From an uncultured Flavobacterium sp. (GTDB taxonomy: Bacteria; Bacteroidota; Bacteroidia; Flavobacteriales; Flavobacteriaceae), in assembly GCA_964485115.1 (NCBI GenBank), contig CAZAHJ010000003.1, forward strand, positions 3,229-67,228: a DNA stretch of 64,000 nucleotides, written 5' to 3'. The notes under the pieces were generated by a model, which did not search any database, was not told the origin of the DNA, and saw nothing but the letters and a program-made list of their open reading frames with translations. The position numbers were made by a program, and so were the translations under genes. Positions 30,755 to 38,860 of the stretch are shown here, one piece after another (position 1 is the stretch's first letter; each line of letters begins with the position of its first letter).

Positions 30755-32524
30755 ATGGAATCCGCTTTTGAAACCAACCCATTAATTGACCGATTACCAG
30801 AACATTTAAAACAATTTATCAAACCGCAAAATTATGAGGATTACACACCTATTAACCAAGCAGTTTGGAGATATGTGATGCGAAAGAATGTAGATTACTT
30901 AAGTAAAGTTGCTCATGAATCGTATGTTGAGGGATTACAAAAAACCGGTATTTCCGTTGATTCTATACCTAGTATGTATGGGATGAATCGTATATTAAAA
31001 GAAATTGGTTGGGCAACAGTTGCTGTGGATGGTTTTATTCCTCCCAATGCCTTTATGGAATTCCAAGCGTACAATGTTTTGGTGATTGCCAGTGATATTC
31101 GTCAGTTGGAACATATCGAATACACTCCTGCACCAGATATCATTCACGAAGGTGCTGGTCATGCTCCTATTATTGCAAATCCGGAATATGCCGAATATTT
31201 AAGAAGATTTGGTGAAATTGGCAGTAAAGCCATCTCATCGGCTAAAGACTATGAATTATATGAAGCCATCCGATGGTTATCTATACTAAAAGAAGCAGAG
31301 GGGAGTAGCGAAGAGGAAATTCAAAAAGCAGAGAATTTGGTGAACGAATTGCAACAAAATATGGGTGAACCAAGCGAAATGGCTCGTATTAGAAACCTAC
31401 ATTGGTGGACCGTTGAGTATGGCTTGATAGGTACATTAGAAAATCCAAAAATATATGGAGCTGGATTGTTGTCTTCTATTGGTGAAAGTAGTTGGTGCAT
31501 GACTGATTCGGTGAAGAAAATTCCTTATGGCATAGCAGCAGCCGATCAAAGTTTTGATATTACCAAGCCTCAACCACAATTGTATGTAACACCCGATTTT
31601 GCCCATTTAAGTTTGGTGTTAGAAGAATTTGCCAACAAAATGGCAATACGAACAGGTGGCTTGGAAGGAATTAAAAAATTGATTGATTCCAAAGCTTTAG
31701 GAACCATTGAACTTAGCACGGGTTTACAAGTTTCAGGAGTATTTACCAACGTGATTGAACACGAAGGAAAACCTATTTACATCCAAACTTCTGGTAAAAC
31801 TGCATTGTCATACAGAGAAAAAGAACTGGTTGGTCACGGAACAGAATACCATGCAGAAGGCTTTGGAAGTCCCATTGGAAAACTAGTAGGCATCAACATT
31901 GCTATTGAAGAAATGAGCCCGAGAGATTTAAGAGCTTACGACATATACGAATCGGAAGTAGTGACCTTAGAATTTGAAGGTGGTGTAAAAGTTTCTGGAG
32001 AAATTGTTACCGGCACCCGAAATTTACAAGGAAAAATCATGTTGATTAAGTTCAAAAATTGCACCGTAACTTATGGTGATCAAGTACTGTTTCAACCGAA
32101 ATGGGGTATTTATGATATGGCTGTTGGAAAAGAAATTCTTTCTTGTTTTGCAGGTCCTGCAGATGTCAATAGTTTTGATATGATCACACATGTGCCAAGT
32201 TCGCAGACCATCAAATCGACCATATCAGAAAAGCGAACTCAGTTAGAGAAATTATATGCAGAGGTCAGAAATTTAAGAGAGTCTAATAACAAGGAACTTA
32301 AGTTATTAGAATCTATCTTTGAAAGCATCCAAAAAAACCATTCAGATGACTGGCTCTTGGGTGTGGAAATTTTGGAGCTAGCAAATCAAAACCAATGGAA
32401 GGGTTTGAAAGACAAAGTGGTTTTTTATTTAGAAAAAACTAAAGCCAACAGACCTGAAGTTGCCCATTTAATTGATGGTGGGATGCAGTTAATTTTACAA
32501 AATTGCCCTGTTGGTGTCTACTAA
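30755..32524 (+). CDS. Aromatic amino acid hydroxylase family protein (phenylalanine-4-hydroxylase-like) with long C-terminal extension
   Basis: PAPDIIHEGAGHAPI matches the PD..HE..GH.P iron-ligand motif of biopterin-dependent hydroxylases. EYGLIG is further downstream. About 300 extra C-terminal residues have no motif I recognise. Confidence 0.7.
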   Translation: MESAFETNPLIDRLPEHLKQFIKPQNYEDYTPINQAVWRYVMRKNVDYLSKVAHESYVEGLQKTGISVDSIPSMYGMNRILKEIGWATVAVDGFIPPNAFMEFQAYNVLVIASDIRQLEHIEYTPAPDIIHEGAGHAPIIANPEYAEYLRRFGEIGSKAISSAKDYELYEAIRWLSILKEAEGSSEEEIQKAENLVNELQQNMGEPSEMARIRNLHWWTVEYGLIGTLENPKIYGAGLLSSIGESSWCMTDSVKKIPYGIAAADQSFDITKPQPQLYVTPDFAHLSLVLEEFANKMAIRTGGLEGIKKLIDSKALGTIELSTGLQVSGVFTNVIEHEGKPIYIQTSGKTALSYREKELVGHGTEYHAEGFGSPIGKLVGINIAIEEMSPRDLRAYDIYESEVVTLEFEGGVKVSGEIVTGTRNLQGKIMLIKFKNCTVTYGDQVLFQPKWGIYDMAVGKEILSCFAGPADVNSFDMITHVPSSQTIKSTISEKRTQLEKLYAEVRNLRESNNKELKLLESIFESIQKNHSDDWLLGVEILELANQNQWKGLKDKVVFYLEKTKANRPEVAHLIDGGMQLILQNCPVGVY

Positions 32525-32600
32525 AATTTGTATACAGTAACTTTTGTTACCATCTAAATTAAAAAGCTGCTTTACTTTTACATCAAATAAATATAAAATT

Positions 32601-32909
32601 ATGGGGTTATTATCATTTTTAGGTTTAGGTGGAAGCACTAACAATTTAACCGATTTTATTCAAAAAGGTGCTGTAATTATTGATGTTCGCACTCCGGGAG
32701 AATTCAGCAATGGCCACATTAAGGTTTCCAAAAACATTCCTTTGAACACTATTTCTGGAAAAATTAATGAAATCAAAAAACTAAATAAACCAGTTATTGT
32801 ATGCTGTCAAAGTGGAATGCGAAGCGGTCAGGCAGCATCTATCTTAAAAAGTAGTGGCATTGAAGTGGTGAATGGTGGGGGTTGGCAAAGTTTGCAAAGT
32901 AAATTATAA
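32601..32909 (+). CDS. Rhodanese-like domain protein
   Basis: IIDVRTPGEF..GHI..SKNIP and active-site loop CCQSGMRS. ATG 32601 is preferred over the TTG-extended ORF start at 32544. Confidence 0.85.
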   Translation: MGLLSFLGLGGSTNNLTDFIQKGAVIIDVRTPGEFSNGHIKVSKNIPLNTISGKINEIKKLNKPVIVCCQSGMRSGQAASILKSSGIEVVNGGGWQSLQSKL

Positions 32910-32983
32910 AATTTTCGTAGATTCATTTTTAGACAAAGACAACTTTTAGGTTGACTTTTATTTTTTGTCAAGAATACAGTTAT

Positions 32984-33913
32984 TTAGTAAATATTTTTTA
33001 GTATAAAATCTAAAATTACCTTGCTAAGTTCTGGGTGTAAAGGCAAGTTGGGGTCGGTGTATGATTTGTAGTTTTCTCCCAAATCACCATGGATGTTTTT
33101 GAGTACATGGTTCATGTTTTCCAAAATCACTAAGGTAGCATCAGGTTTGGCTTGGTGTAAAATTCCCGCTTCAGTTTCTTTTACTTGAATGTCTTTGGTA
33201 CCGTTGATAATTAAAATCGGGACTTGCAATTTTTTAATTTCTACTGCAGGGTCTATTTGCATCCACGACATCATATAGGCTTGTACTGATTTTCGAAAGA
33301 TAGATTCCAACATTTTGTTTTTATTTTCGAATGGTTGTTGACTTTTTAAGGTATTTAATCCCAATTCAATTTCCTCTTTCCAAAATGGAGCTTGGGCTAA
33401 TAATTGGTCTTTTAAAATAAAATCGATACTTCTACCTGCTCCTGCTAAAGATATATAACCATTGGTTTTATTGGCAGCCAACATAGCTACCAACGAACCT
33501 TCGCTATGCCCAATCAATACAATTTTTGAAAATTTCTTCTCCTTTTTAAAATGATTAATGATTATTTCCAAGTCTTTCACATTGTCTTGAAAAGTCATTT
33601 CCTCTTCTTTGATTTCTTTTTTGGCTTTCATTTCTGTAATTACTCTCTTGTCAAAAGCAAAAACAGCATGTTGGGATGCCAAACTCTCAGCCAAAAATTT
33701 TAAGGAATTATTTTCCATTCCAGGGCTATTGCCATTTCTGTCAGGAATTCCGGAACCCGGAATTTGAATGATTAACACTTTTGCTTTTCCCGTTTTAGGT
33801 TGGTATAAATCTCCAATCAAGTCCTCTGCAATGGAAATTTCTTGTTTGGTAAAGTCTTGTGATTGCAATTTAGCAACCAATAAACACAACAATATAACGA
33901 TATTTCTGGTCAT
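32984..33913 (-). CDS. Secreted alpha/beta hydrolase
   Basis: Signal peptide; nucleophile elbow LIGHSEGS; late NHVL (His). It is the last gene of the 35808->32984 cluster. Confidence 0.75.
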   Translation of the reverse strand: MTRNIVILLCLLVAKLQSQDFTKQEISIAEDLIGDLYQPKTGKAKVLIIQIPGSGIPDRNGNSPGMENNSLKFLAESLASQHAVFAFDKRVITEMKAKKEIKEEEMTFQDNVKDLEIIINHFKKEKKFSKIVLIGHSEGSLVAMLAANKTNGYISLAGAGRSIDFILKDQLLAQAPFWKEEIELGLNTLKSQQPFENKNKMLESIFRKSVQAYMMSWMQIDPAVEIKKLQVPILIINGTKDIQVKETEAGILHQAKPDATLVILENMNHVLKNIHGDLGENYKSYTDPNLPLHPELSKVILDFILKNIY

Positions 33914-33923
33914 GATTTTTAAT

Positions 33924-34523
33924 TTATGCGATAAAATGAATCACTATTTTAGATAAAACTTCTGCCAATAACACTACAACTACTAATTGCAGACCTATCT
34001 TCCAACTTTTTTGGTTGGTAGAAACGGTAAATCCGTGCCATAAATACCATCCAAAAATTGCCAAAGAAGCCAATGCCAAAAGTCCGAATATCAACAAAAC
34101 TCCCAAAATTGGAATAGAAAGTTCTGGCAAAGCTTGCGGATTTTGAATCACTTGAGTGACCATTTCTTCGGAGGTAATTCGCATCCAATCGTTCCAATTG
34201 AACAAAATCAATGGATAAAACACCATTCTACTCCATAAACTAGTAACAAGTAAATCTTGCAAACGAGCTTTGGCTTGGTTCCATTTTGCCAAAAGCCACA
34301 GTAATATTGTTAAAGAAATGGTGTTGATGATGTTATCCAACAAAGGTTCAATCCATGAAATGTTCGCAACAAAATGGGTATCTAAAACGCCATCAAATCT
34401 CGCTTTAAAAATTACAGCTAATAGCGAAAAAAGTAGCGTAAAAAATACAGAAAAAGACAACAAAAACCCATCTGTAAAGTGGGCAAAAGGTTGCGACAAG
34501 CTAGTGCTATTTATTTTCTTCAT
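33924..34523 (-). CDS. Multi-pass (about 5 TM) membrane protein, unknown function
   Basis: Hydrophobicity pattern only. Overlaps the upstream gene by 17 nt. Confidence 0.55.
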   Translation of the reverse strand: MKKINSTSLSQPFAHFTDGFLLSFSVFFTLLFSLLAVIFKARFDGVLDTHFVANISWIEPLLDNIINTISLTILLWLLAKWNQAKARLQDLLVTSLWSRMVFYPLILFNWNDWMRITSEEMVTQVIQNPQALPELSIPILGVLLIFGLLALASLAIFGWYLWHGFTVSTNQKSWKIGLQLVVVVLLAEVLSKIVIHFIA

Positions 34524-35043
34524 TGCTAGACTGATTAATCTGATTGCCGTTTTTATTAAGAAATTTTGATTTTAAAAATTCGTTGGCAAAAAAATCTACT
34601 AACTCATTTGATTTTTGGGTTCCGATTAAATATTTTTTTTGGTTATGTAGTGCCACCTCTAAACCAATATTTCCTGAGACGTTTAAAGCCAAGCCATTTT
34701 TATACCATTTAATACCCCACCCACCACAATCTAAAATAGGATGGTACTTTACAATAGAAACTTCCTGAACATCTTCCCATAAAAATACCTTTTGGTACTT
34801 GTAAAATAACATATGAAAAGTAGCATAAATTCCTTTTTCATCTATTTTAGTTTGAAGATGTAAGCTAAAAAACCATGAAAAAAACAATACTATTGGAAGG
34901 ATAACCAACCATGTTGCTTTGGAATTCAAGGCATCTTCTATGATAATTTCGTAAATCAAAAAACCTAATATTCCCAAAAGTATTGTCCAAATCCACCATT
35001 GACGGAAGTATTGCTTTTCGGTAAATTGGCTTGAATTAATCAT
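34507..35043 (-). CDS. Membrane protein: two N-terminal TM helices plus a soluble domain with CGGWGIKW motif (PH-like/DUF6141-like?)
   Basis: Start trimmed to ATG 35043..35041, which overlaps the upstream stop as TAATG. The ORF-track start at 35121 would overlap the upstream gene by 79 nt. Confidence 0.55.
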   Translation of the reverse strand: MINSSQFTEKQYFRQWWIWTILLGILGFLIYEIIIEDALNSKATWLVILPIVLFFSWFFSLHLQTKIDEKGIYATFHMLFYKYQKVFLWEDVQEVSIVKYHPILDCGGWGIKWYKNGLALNVSGNIGLEVALHNQKKYLIGTQKSNELVDFFANEFLKSKFLNKNGNQINQSSNEENK

Positions 35044-35540
35044 TATTTTTTCTTTTTTGATTCGTAAATTGTATAAGCAATCACTATAAGTAATGTTCCC
35101 ACAGTAATTGGCAAAAACCAAGCTCCCAGTCCTTCTCTTTTTTCTAAGGAAACTTGCATGATAAAATAATCAATGGCCATGAAAAGAACAATGAACAATA
35201 GCTTCATCCATCGCATCATTCGAACTCCTAATAAGTATTGTCGAGGTGCATTTTCCTCAGTAATTTCTACTGTATAATTAAAGTTTTCAGGATTCCGCTC
35301 TAACACAGATAATAGTAGCACCAAAAAAGTTGCAATAATTGGAGTTAAAAATATCGTATCCTTGCTGCCAAATCCATCCGCTTCTCCTACACCATTAAAA
35401 TGAATTGGAATCTCCTCTGGCAGCAAAGGATAAATCCAAACCACCATTCCCCAAAACAGCAACCAAAATACATAACCGGCATATTCCAATACTCGGTCGG
35501 CTTTGGTGAATGTTAAAGTAACCATTGGTCGTTTACTCAT
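35043..35540 (-). CDS. DUF1648 (SdpI-like) membrane protein
   Basis: LPEEIPIHFNGVGEADGFGSKD motif typical of DUF1648, and four TM helices. 1-nt gap after the DUF2089 gene. Confidence 0.65.
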   Translation of the reverse strand: MSKRPMVTLTFTKADRVLEYAGYVFWLLFWGMVVWIYPLLPEEIPIHFNGVGEADGFGSKDTIFLTPIIATFLVLLLSVLERNPENFNYTVEITEENAPRQYLLGVRMMRWMKLLFIVLFMAIDYFIMQVSLEKREGLGAWFLPITVGTLLIVIAYTIYESKKKK

Positions 35541-35541
35541 T

Positions 35542-35808
35542 TTAAGTCGTCTGGTTTAATTTGTGAATCAAATCATCTAATCTATTGCGAACCGTAGGAT
35601 AACTAATTCCCATTTTTTGTGCCATTTCTTTTAAGCTTCCGCTATACAATACAAATTGTAAAATAAAATCTTGTTCTTCCGGAAGCAGTTGTAACAATTT
35701 TGGCAATGTAAATTGCCCTTGTACTTTGGTGGTACAAGCAACACAACTACATTCTGTGACCTGCATCAGAGCATCACAACTTGGACAATGTGTAGGAAAC
35801 TTACTCAT
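35542..35808 (-). CDS. DUF2089 family zinc-ribbon + HTH protein
   Basis: HCPSCDA...CSCVAC zinc ribbon; FILQFVLYSGSLKEMAQKMGISYPTVRNRLDDLIHKL HTH. Confidence 0.75.
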   Translation of the reverse strand: MSKFPTHCPSCDALMQVTECSCVACTTKVQGQFTLPKLLQLLPEEQDFILQFVLYSGSLKEMAQKMGISYPTVRNRLDDLIHKLNQTT

Positions 35809-35838
35809 TTATTTATTCGAACTTTAATAAAATTAAAA

Positions 35839-35846
35839 CAAATATA
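35839..35846 (-). promoter_or_regulatory. Candidate -7 box (TATATTTG) for the DUF2089 operon
   Basis: TAnnTTTG match 30 nt before ATG 35808 and downstream of the preceding terminator. Confidence 0.45.
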
Positions 35847-35878
35847 AATAGAATTAATATGCTGGTTACCATTATTGC

Positions 35879-35904
35879 AAAAAAAAACCTGTCGTTGGAC
35901 AGGT
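35879..35904 (-). terminator. Intrinsic terminator after the TIGR03643 gene
   Basis: Stem ACCTGTC/GACAGGT with loop GTTG. On the minus strand a U9 tract follows (35879-35887). Confidence 0.75.
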
Positions 35905-35926
35905 CTTTACTTTTTCAAAAAGGATG

Positions 35927-36199
35927 TTATCGTTTGGAAATTTTGTTTCCAGTAATTTGTCTTTGTCGGTTACACTTGAAACGATCTACGGAACTTTCTC
36001 TCAGTTTGGCATGTTTGGTCGCTCTACCTTGCACTCTTGCTCTCCACATTCTAAAACTAGAAGGCTTCATGTACAAACGCATCAACCGAATGGTTTCAGC
36101 TTCCGAAATACCAAACTGAAAAGTAATGGCTTCAAATGGAGTTCTGTCTTCCCAAGCCATTTCTATAATTCGGTCTATTTGAGCTTCTGTAAAAGTCAC
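35927..36199 (-). CDS. TIGR03643 (DUF2805) family protein
   Basis: IDRIIEMAWEDRTPFEAITFQFGISEAETIRLMRLYMKPSSFRMWRARVQGRATKH matches my memory of the family signature. GTG start. An intrinsic terminator follows. Confidence 0.75.
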   Translation of the reverse strand: MTFTEAQIDRIIEMAWEDRTPFEAITFQFGISEAETIRLMRLYMKPSSFRMWRARVQGRATKHAKLRESSVDRFKCNRQRQITGNKISKR

Positions 36200-36256
36200 T
36201 TTAATTAATTTATGCTACAAAACTAACCATTACCTAAACGAACAAACGTTAAAGAA

Positions 36257-36538
36257 TTAATCAAATTTATTTTTGAAATAATATTTGGCATCTAACTCAT
36301 CGTCATCATCAAACATTCTCTGATTCATTTTTGGTTTTGGCTTGGCTGCTGCCACTTTTTTCTTCCAAAGTTCAAATTGATCTTTAGACAAACGCTTTCG
36401 CATCAATTCGGTGACTTCGTTTTCCGACAAACCAAAATCGAGTTTAAGAACTTCAAAAGGTTTTCTTTCTTCTTGAGCAATGCTCACCACTTTAAAAATT
36501 TCTTCGGGAGTTAGCTCTTTGGAACGGTGCTTTCTCAT
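36257..36538 (-). CDS. Divergent TIGR03643-like paralogue
   Basis: EEIFKVVSIAQEERKPFEVLKLDFGLSENEVTELMRKRLSKDQFELWKKKV aligns by eye with the neighbouring protein. ATG 36538 is preferred over TTG 36550. Confidence 0.55.
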   Translation of the reverse strand: MRKHRSKELTPEEIFKVVSIAQEERKPFEVLKLDFGLSENEVTELMRKRLSKDQFELWKKKVAAAKPKPKMNQRMFDDDDELDAKYYFKNKFD

Positions 36539-36556
36539 GGGTAAAGTCAAAAAAAA

Positions 36557-37381
36557 TTAAGTTGTTGGTTTGCGATACTTTTGAAAAGGAATCGCTAAAA
36601 GATTTTTAAGATTATTGTGTTCGCTAGGTTCCGGATGGGTATCTACCCCATAATGAATTTGATTTCTGTCTAAATAACTGAAGGTACCAAACAATCTATC
36701 CCAAACAGAAAAGATATTTCCGTAATTAGAATCGGTGTATGGCAACTGAAAATGGTGATGCACTTTATGCATGTCAGGTGACACAATCAGGTAACTAATC
36801 CATTTGTCTACTTTTTTAGGCAATGGCATATTGGCATGATTGAATTGTGAAAAAACTACAGAAAGCGATTGGTACAAAAAAACCAATCCCATTCCTGCTC
36901 CTACCAACCAAACACCTAATAAAGTAAACACAAAACGAATCACGCTTTCCCCTGGATGGTGACGATTTGCTGTGGTAGTATCTACCCAAGTATCTGTATG
37001 ATGAATTAAGTGAAACTTCCACATCCATCGTACTTTATGTTGCACCAAGTGGGCTAAGTAAGCTCCAATTAAGTCTAACAATAGCAAGCCAACAAAAGCA
37101 TACAGCCAAAGGTTTTTTATGTTGAGCCAATACAAAATACCAAATTCATTTTGGGTAACCCAAGCTGCAGATTGCAATAACAAAAAAGCCAAAGAAAAAT
37201 TAACCAAAATGGTGGTGCCTGTGAAAAATAAATTGATGCCTGCATGATTCCACTTTTTGTAGTTCATTCTAAATAAAGGAAAGGCATTTTCTATCCACCA
37301 AAAAATGGTAATTCCGCCAGCTAAAATTAGGGCTCGGTGTGCGGAAGGTATGGTTTCGAAGTACGAAAGAATAGTTTCCAT
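36557..37381 (-). CDS. Fatty acid hydroxylase / sterol desaturase family membrane protein
   Basis: His boxes HLVQHKVRWMWKFHLIHH and HKVHHH, and four TM helices. Confidence 0.8.
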   Translation of the reverse strand: METILSYFETIPSAHRALILAGGITIFWWIENAFPLFRMNYKKWNHAGINLFFTGTTILVNFSLAFLLLQSAAWVTQNEFGILYWLNIKNLWLYAFVGLLLLDLIGAYLAHLVQHKVRWMWKFHLIHHTDTWVDTTTANRHHPGESVIRFVFTLLGVWLVGAGMGLVFLYQSLSVVFSQFNHANMPLPKKVDKWISYLIVSPDMHKVHHHFQLPYTDSNYGNIFSVWDRLFGTFSYLDRNQIHYGVDTHPEPSEHNNLKNLLAIPFQKYRKPTT

Positions 37382-37451
37382 TAGATAATCAATATGGTAA
37401 AATTAATAAAAAATGTTTGATTGTTGCCATTCATGTAATTTTTTAAGAAAA

Positions 37452-38054
37452 TTATACCAAAGTTCGAAATGTTAAGTTAATACGAGGTCCCACCTCTTTT
37501 TTGGTTTTTGGGATGGCATGTTTCCAAAAATGTTGGGTTTCTCCCTTCATTACCAACAAAGAACCGTTGTTAAGTTCAAAAGTTTTTTTGACATCTGGTA
37601 ATTGGTTGTGTTTTAAATGAAAACTTCTGGTTGCTCCAAAACTCAAAGAAGCAATGACAGGGTTTACCCCCAAAGTTTTCTCGTTATCGGCATGCCAACC
37701 GTTGCTATCGTTGCCATCTCTGTACAAATTACATAACACTGTGGTAAATGAATGCTGGCAAAATTCCTCCACTTTTTCTTTTAAATAAAACATCAACGGA
37801 TTCCATGGATGAGGATGCATCCAAATATTGGAATATTGGTACGATTTTCCTTCGTTTCCATACAAACAAGTCAATCTTGGTTGGTCATACTCTTTTCCAT
37901 AAACTGTAATTTTATCAGCTTGCCAAGGAGTAGTTTCATATAATTGCTGAAACAAAGTATTTGCTTCTACCTCCTTTATAAAATTTGGCTTCCAAAGCAA
38001 ATCTGCATTGGGTAATTGGTATGCAAAAACTTCTTCTAACAGGAAAAGCGACAT
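37452..38054 (-). CDS. alkB: Fe(II)/2-oxoglutarate-dependent dioxygenase AlkB
   Basis: WHADNE (HxD), HFWKHAIP, RINLTFR motifs. The size is typical of AlkB. Confidence 0.85.
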   Translation of the reverse strand: MSLFLLEEVFAYQLPNADLLWKPNFIKEVEANTLFQQLYETTPWQADKITVYGKEYDQPRLTCLYGNEGKSYQYSNIWMHPHPWNPLMFYLKEKVEEFCQHSFTTVLCNLYRDGNDSNGWHADNEKTLGVNPVIASLSFGATRSFHLKHNQLPDVKKTFELNNGSLLVMKGETQHFWKHAIPKTKKEVGPRINLTFRTLV

Positions 38055-38162
38055 CAGTCTGTTTTTATATGATATCCAAATGTAGATAAAACATCATTTA
38101 TATAGGGTAGACATCGAATAAAAAATTCTTATTTTTACCATGTAACCAACTTGCATTGACTC

Positions 38163-38720
38163 ATGGCGCAAACTCCATCCAACATGATAACTTTAGGAAC
38201 CAAAGCTCCTAATTTTAATTTGTCAGATACCAATGGCAATGGCTCTAAGACTTTGGAAGATTGCAAAGGAAGTAAAGGAACTTTGGTAATCTTTATGTGT
38301 AACCATTGTCCGTTTGTATTACATATTATAGAAGAATTGATTCGAATTGCCAACGACTATCGAGTGCAAGGCATAGGAATGGTAGCCATTTCCAGCAATG
38401 ATGTGGAAAAATATCCACAAGATGGGCCGGATAAGATGACAGAATTTGCTTTTGCACATGGCATGGAATTTCCTTATTTGTATGACGAAAGCCAAGAAGT
38501 TGCCAAAGCATATGGAGCTGCTTGCACACCAGATTTCTTTTTGTATGATTCCCAAGACCAGTTAGTTTATCGTGGACAATTAGACGATTCCAGACCAGGT
38601 AACCATATTTCGCTTTCAGGTTCTGATTTACGAAATGCTATTGATGGAGTTTTATACAACAGAGTGCTACCTGAAAACCAAAAACCAAGCATTGGGTGTA
38701 ATATTAAGTGGAAAGGTTAA
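38163..38720 (+). CDS. Thioredoxin-fold protein (AhpC/TSA-like thiol-disulfide oxidoreductase)
   Basis: FMCNHCPFV redox motif and a thioredoxin-fold length. Confidence 0.8.
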   Translation: MAQTPSNMITLGTKAPNFNLSDTNGNGSKTLEDCKGSKGTLVIFMCNHCPFVLHIIEELIRIANDYRVQGIGMVAISSNDVEKYPQDGPDKMTEFAFAHGMEFPYLYDESQEVAKAYGAACTPDFFLYDSQDQLVYRGQLDDSRPGNHISLSGSDLRNAIDGVLYNRVLPENQKPSIGCNIKWKG

Positions 38721-38747
38721 TTTGAAAATGAGCAATTTGAAAATGAG
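38719..38747. repeat. Tandem direct repeat AATTTGAAAATGAG x2
   Basis: Copies at 38719-38732 and 38734-38747, separated by one C. The first copy overlaps the stop codon of the thioredoxin-fold gene. Confidence 0.8.
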
Positions 38748-38823
38748 TTAATGAAGTAAAAAATAGGTAATTCAGAAATCCAGATAAAAAAAGTTTCAAA
38801 TTCCAAATTATTAATTTAATAAC

Positions 38824-38844
38824 CTGAAACTTGAAACTAGAAAC
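38824..38844. repeat. 7-nt tandem repeat (CTGAAAC TTGAAAC TAGAAAC)
   Basis: Three consecutive NNGAAAC units, read directly from the sequence. Confidence 0.75.
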
Positions 38845-38860
38845 CTTAAACATATATAAA

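Noticed and set aside
34507-35121. 79-nt overlap between the ORF 34507..35121 and the DUF1648 gene (and similarly 59181..60101 with the HAD gene) as real long overlaps
   Set aside because: Both N-terminal extensions come from upstream alternative start codons. Internal ATGs create classic TAATG and ATGA stop/start junctions, and the mature proteins then begin at sensible positions.
35924-36208. 94-aa plus-strand ORF almost exactly co-extensive with the minus-strand TIGR03643 gene (a possible overlapping gene pair)
   Set aside because: The minus-strand product carries a well-defined family signature and has its own terminator. The plus-strand product is Ser/Phe/Leu-rich with no features. Mirror ORFs of this length arise easily opposite real genes.
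38719-38844. Possible CRISPR-like or minisatellite array
   Set aside because: There are only 2-3 copies of 7-14 nt units, with no spacer-sized unique segments and no cas genes in the window.
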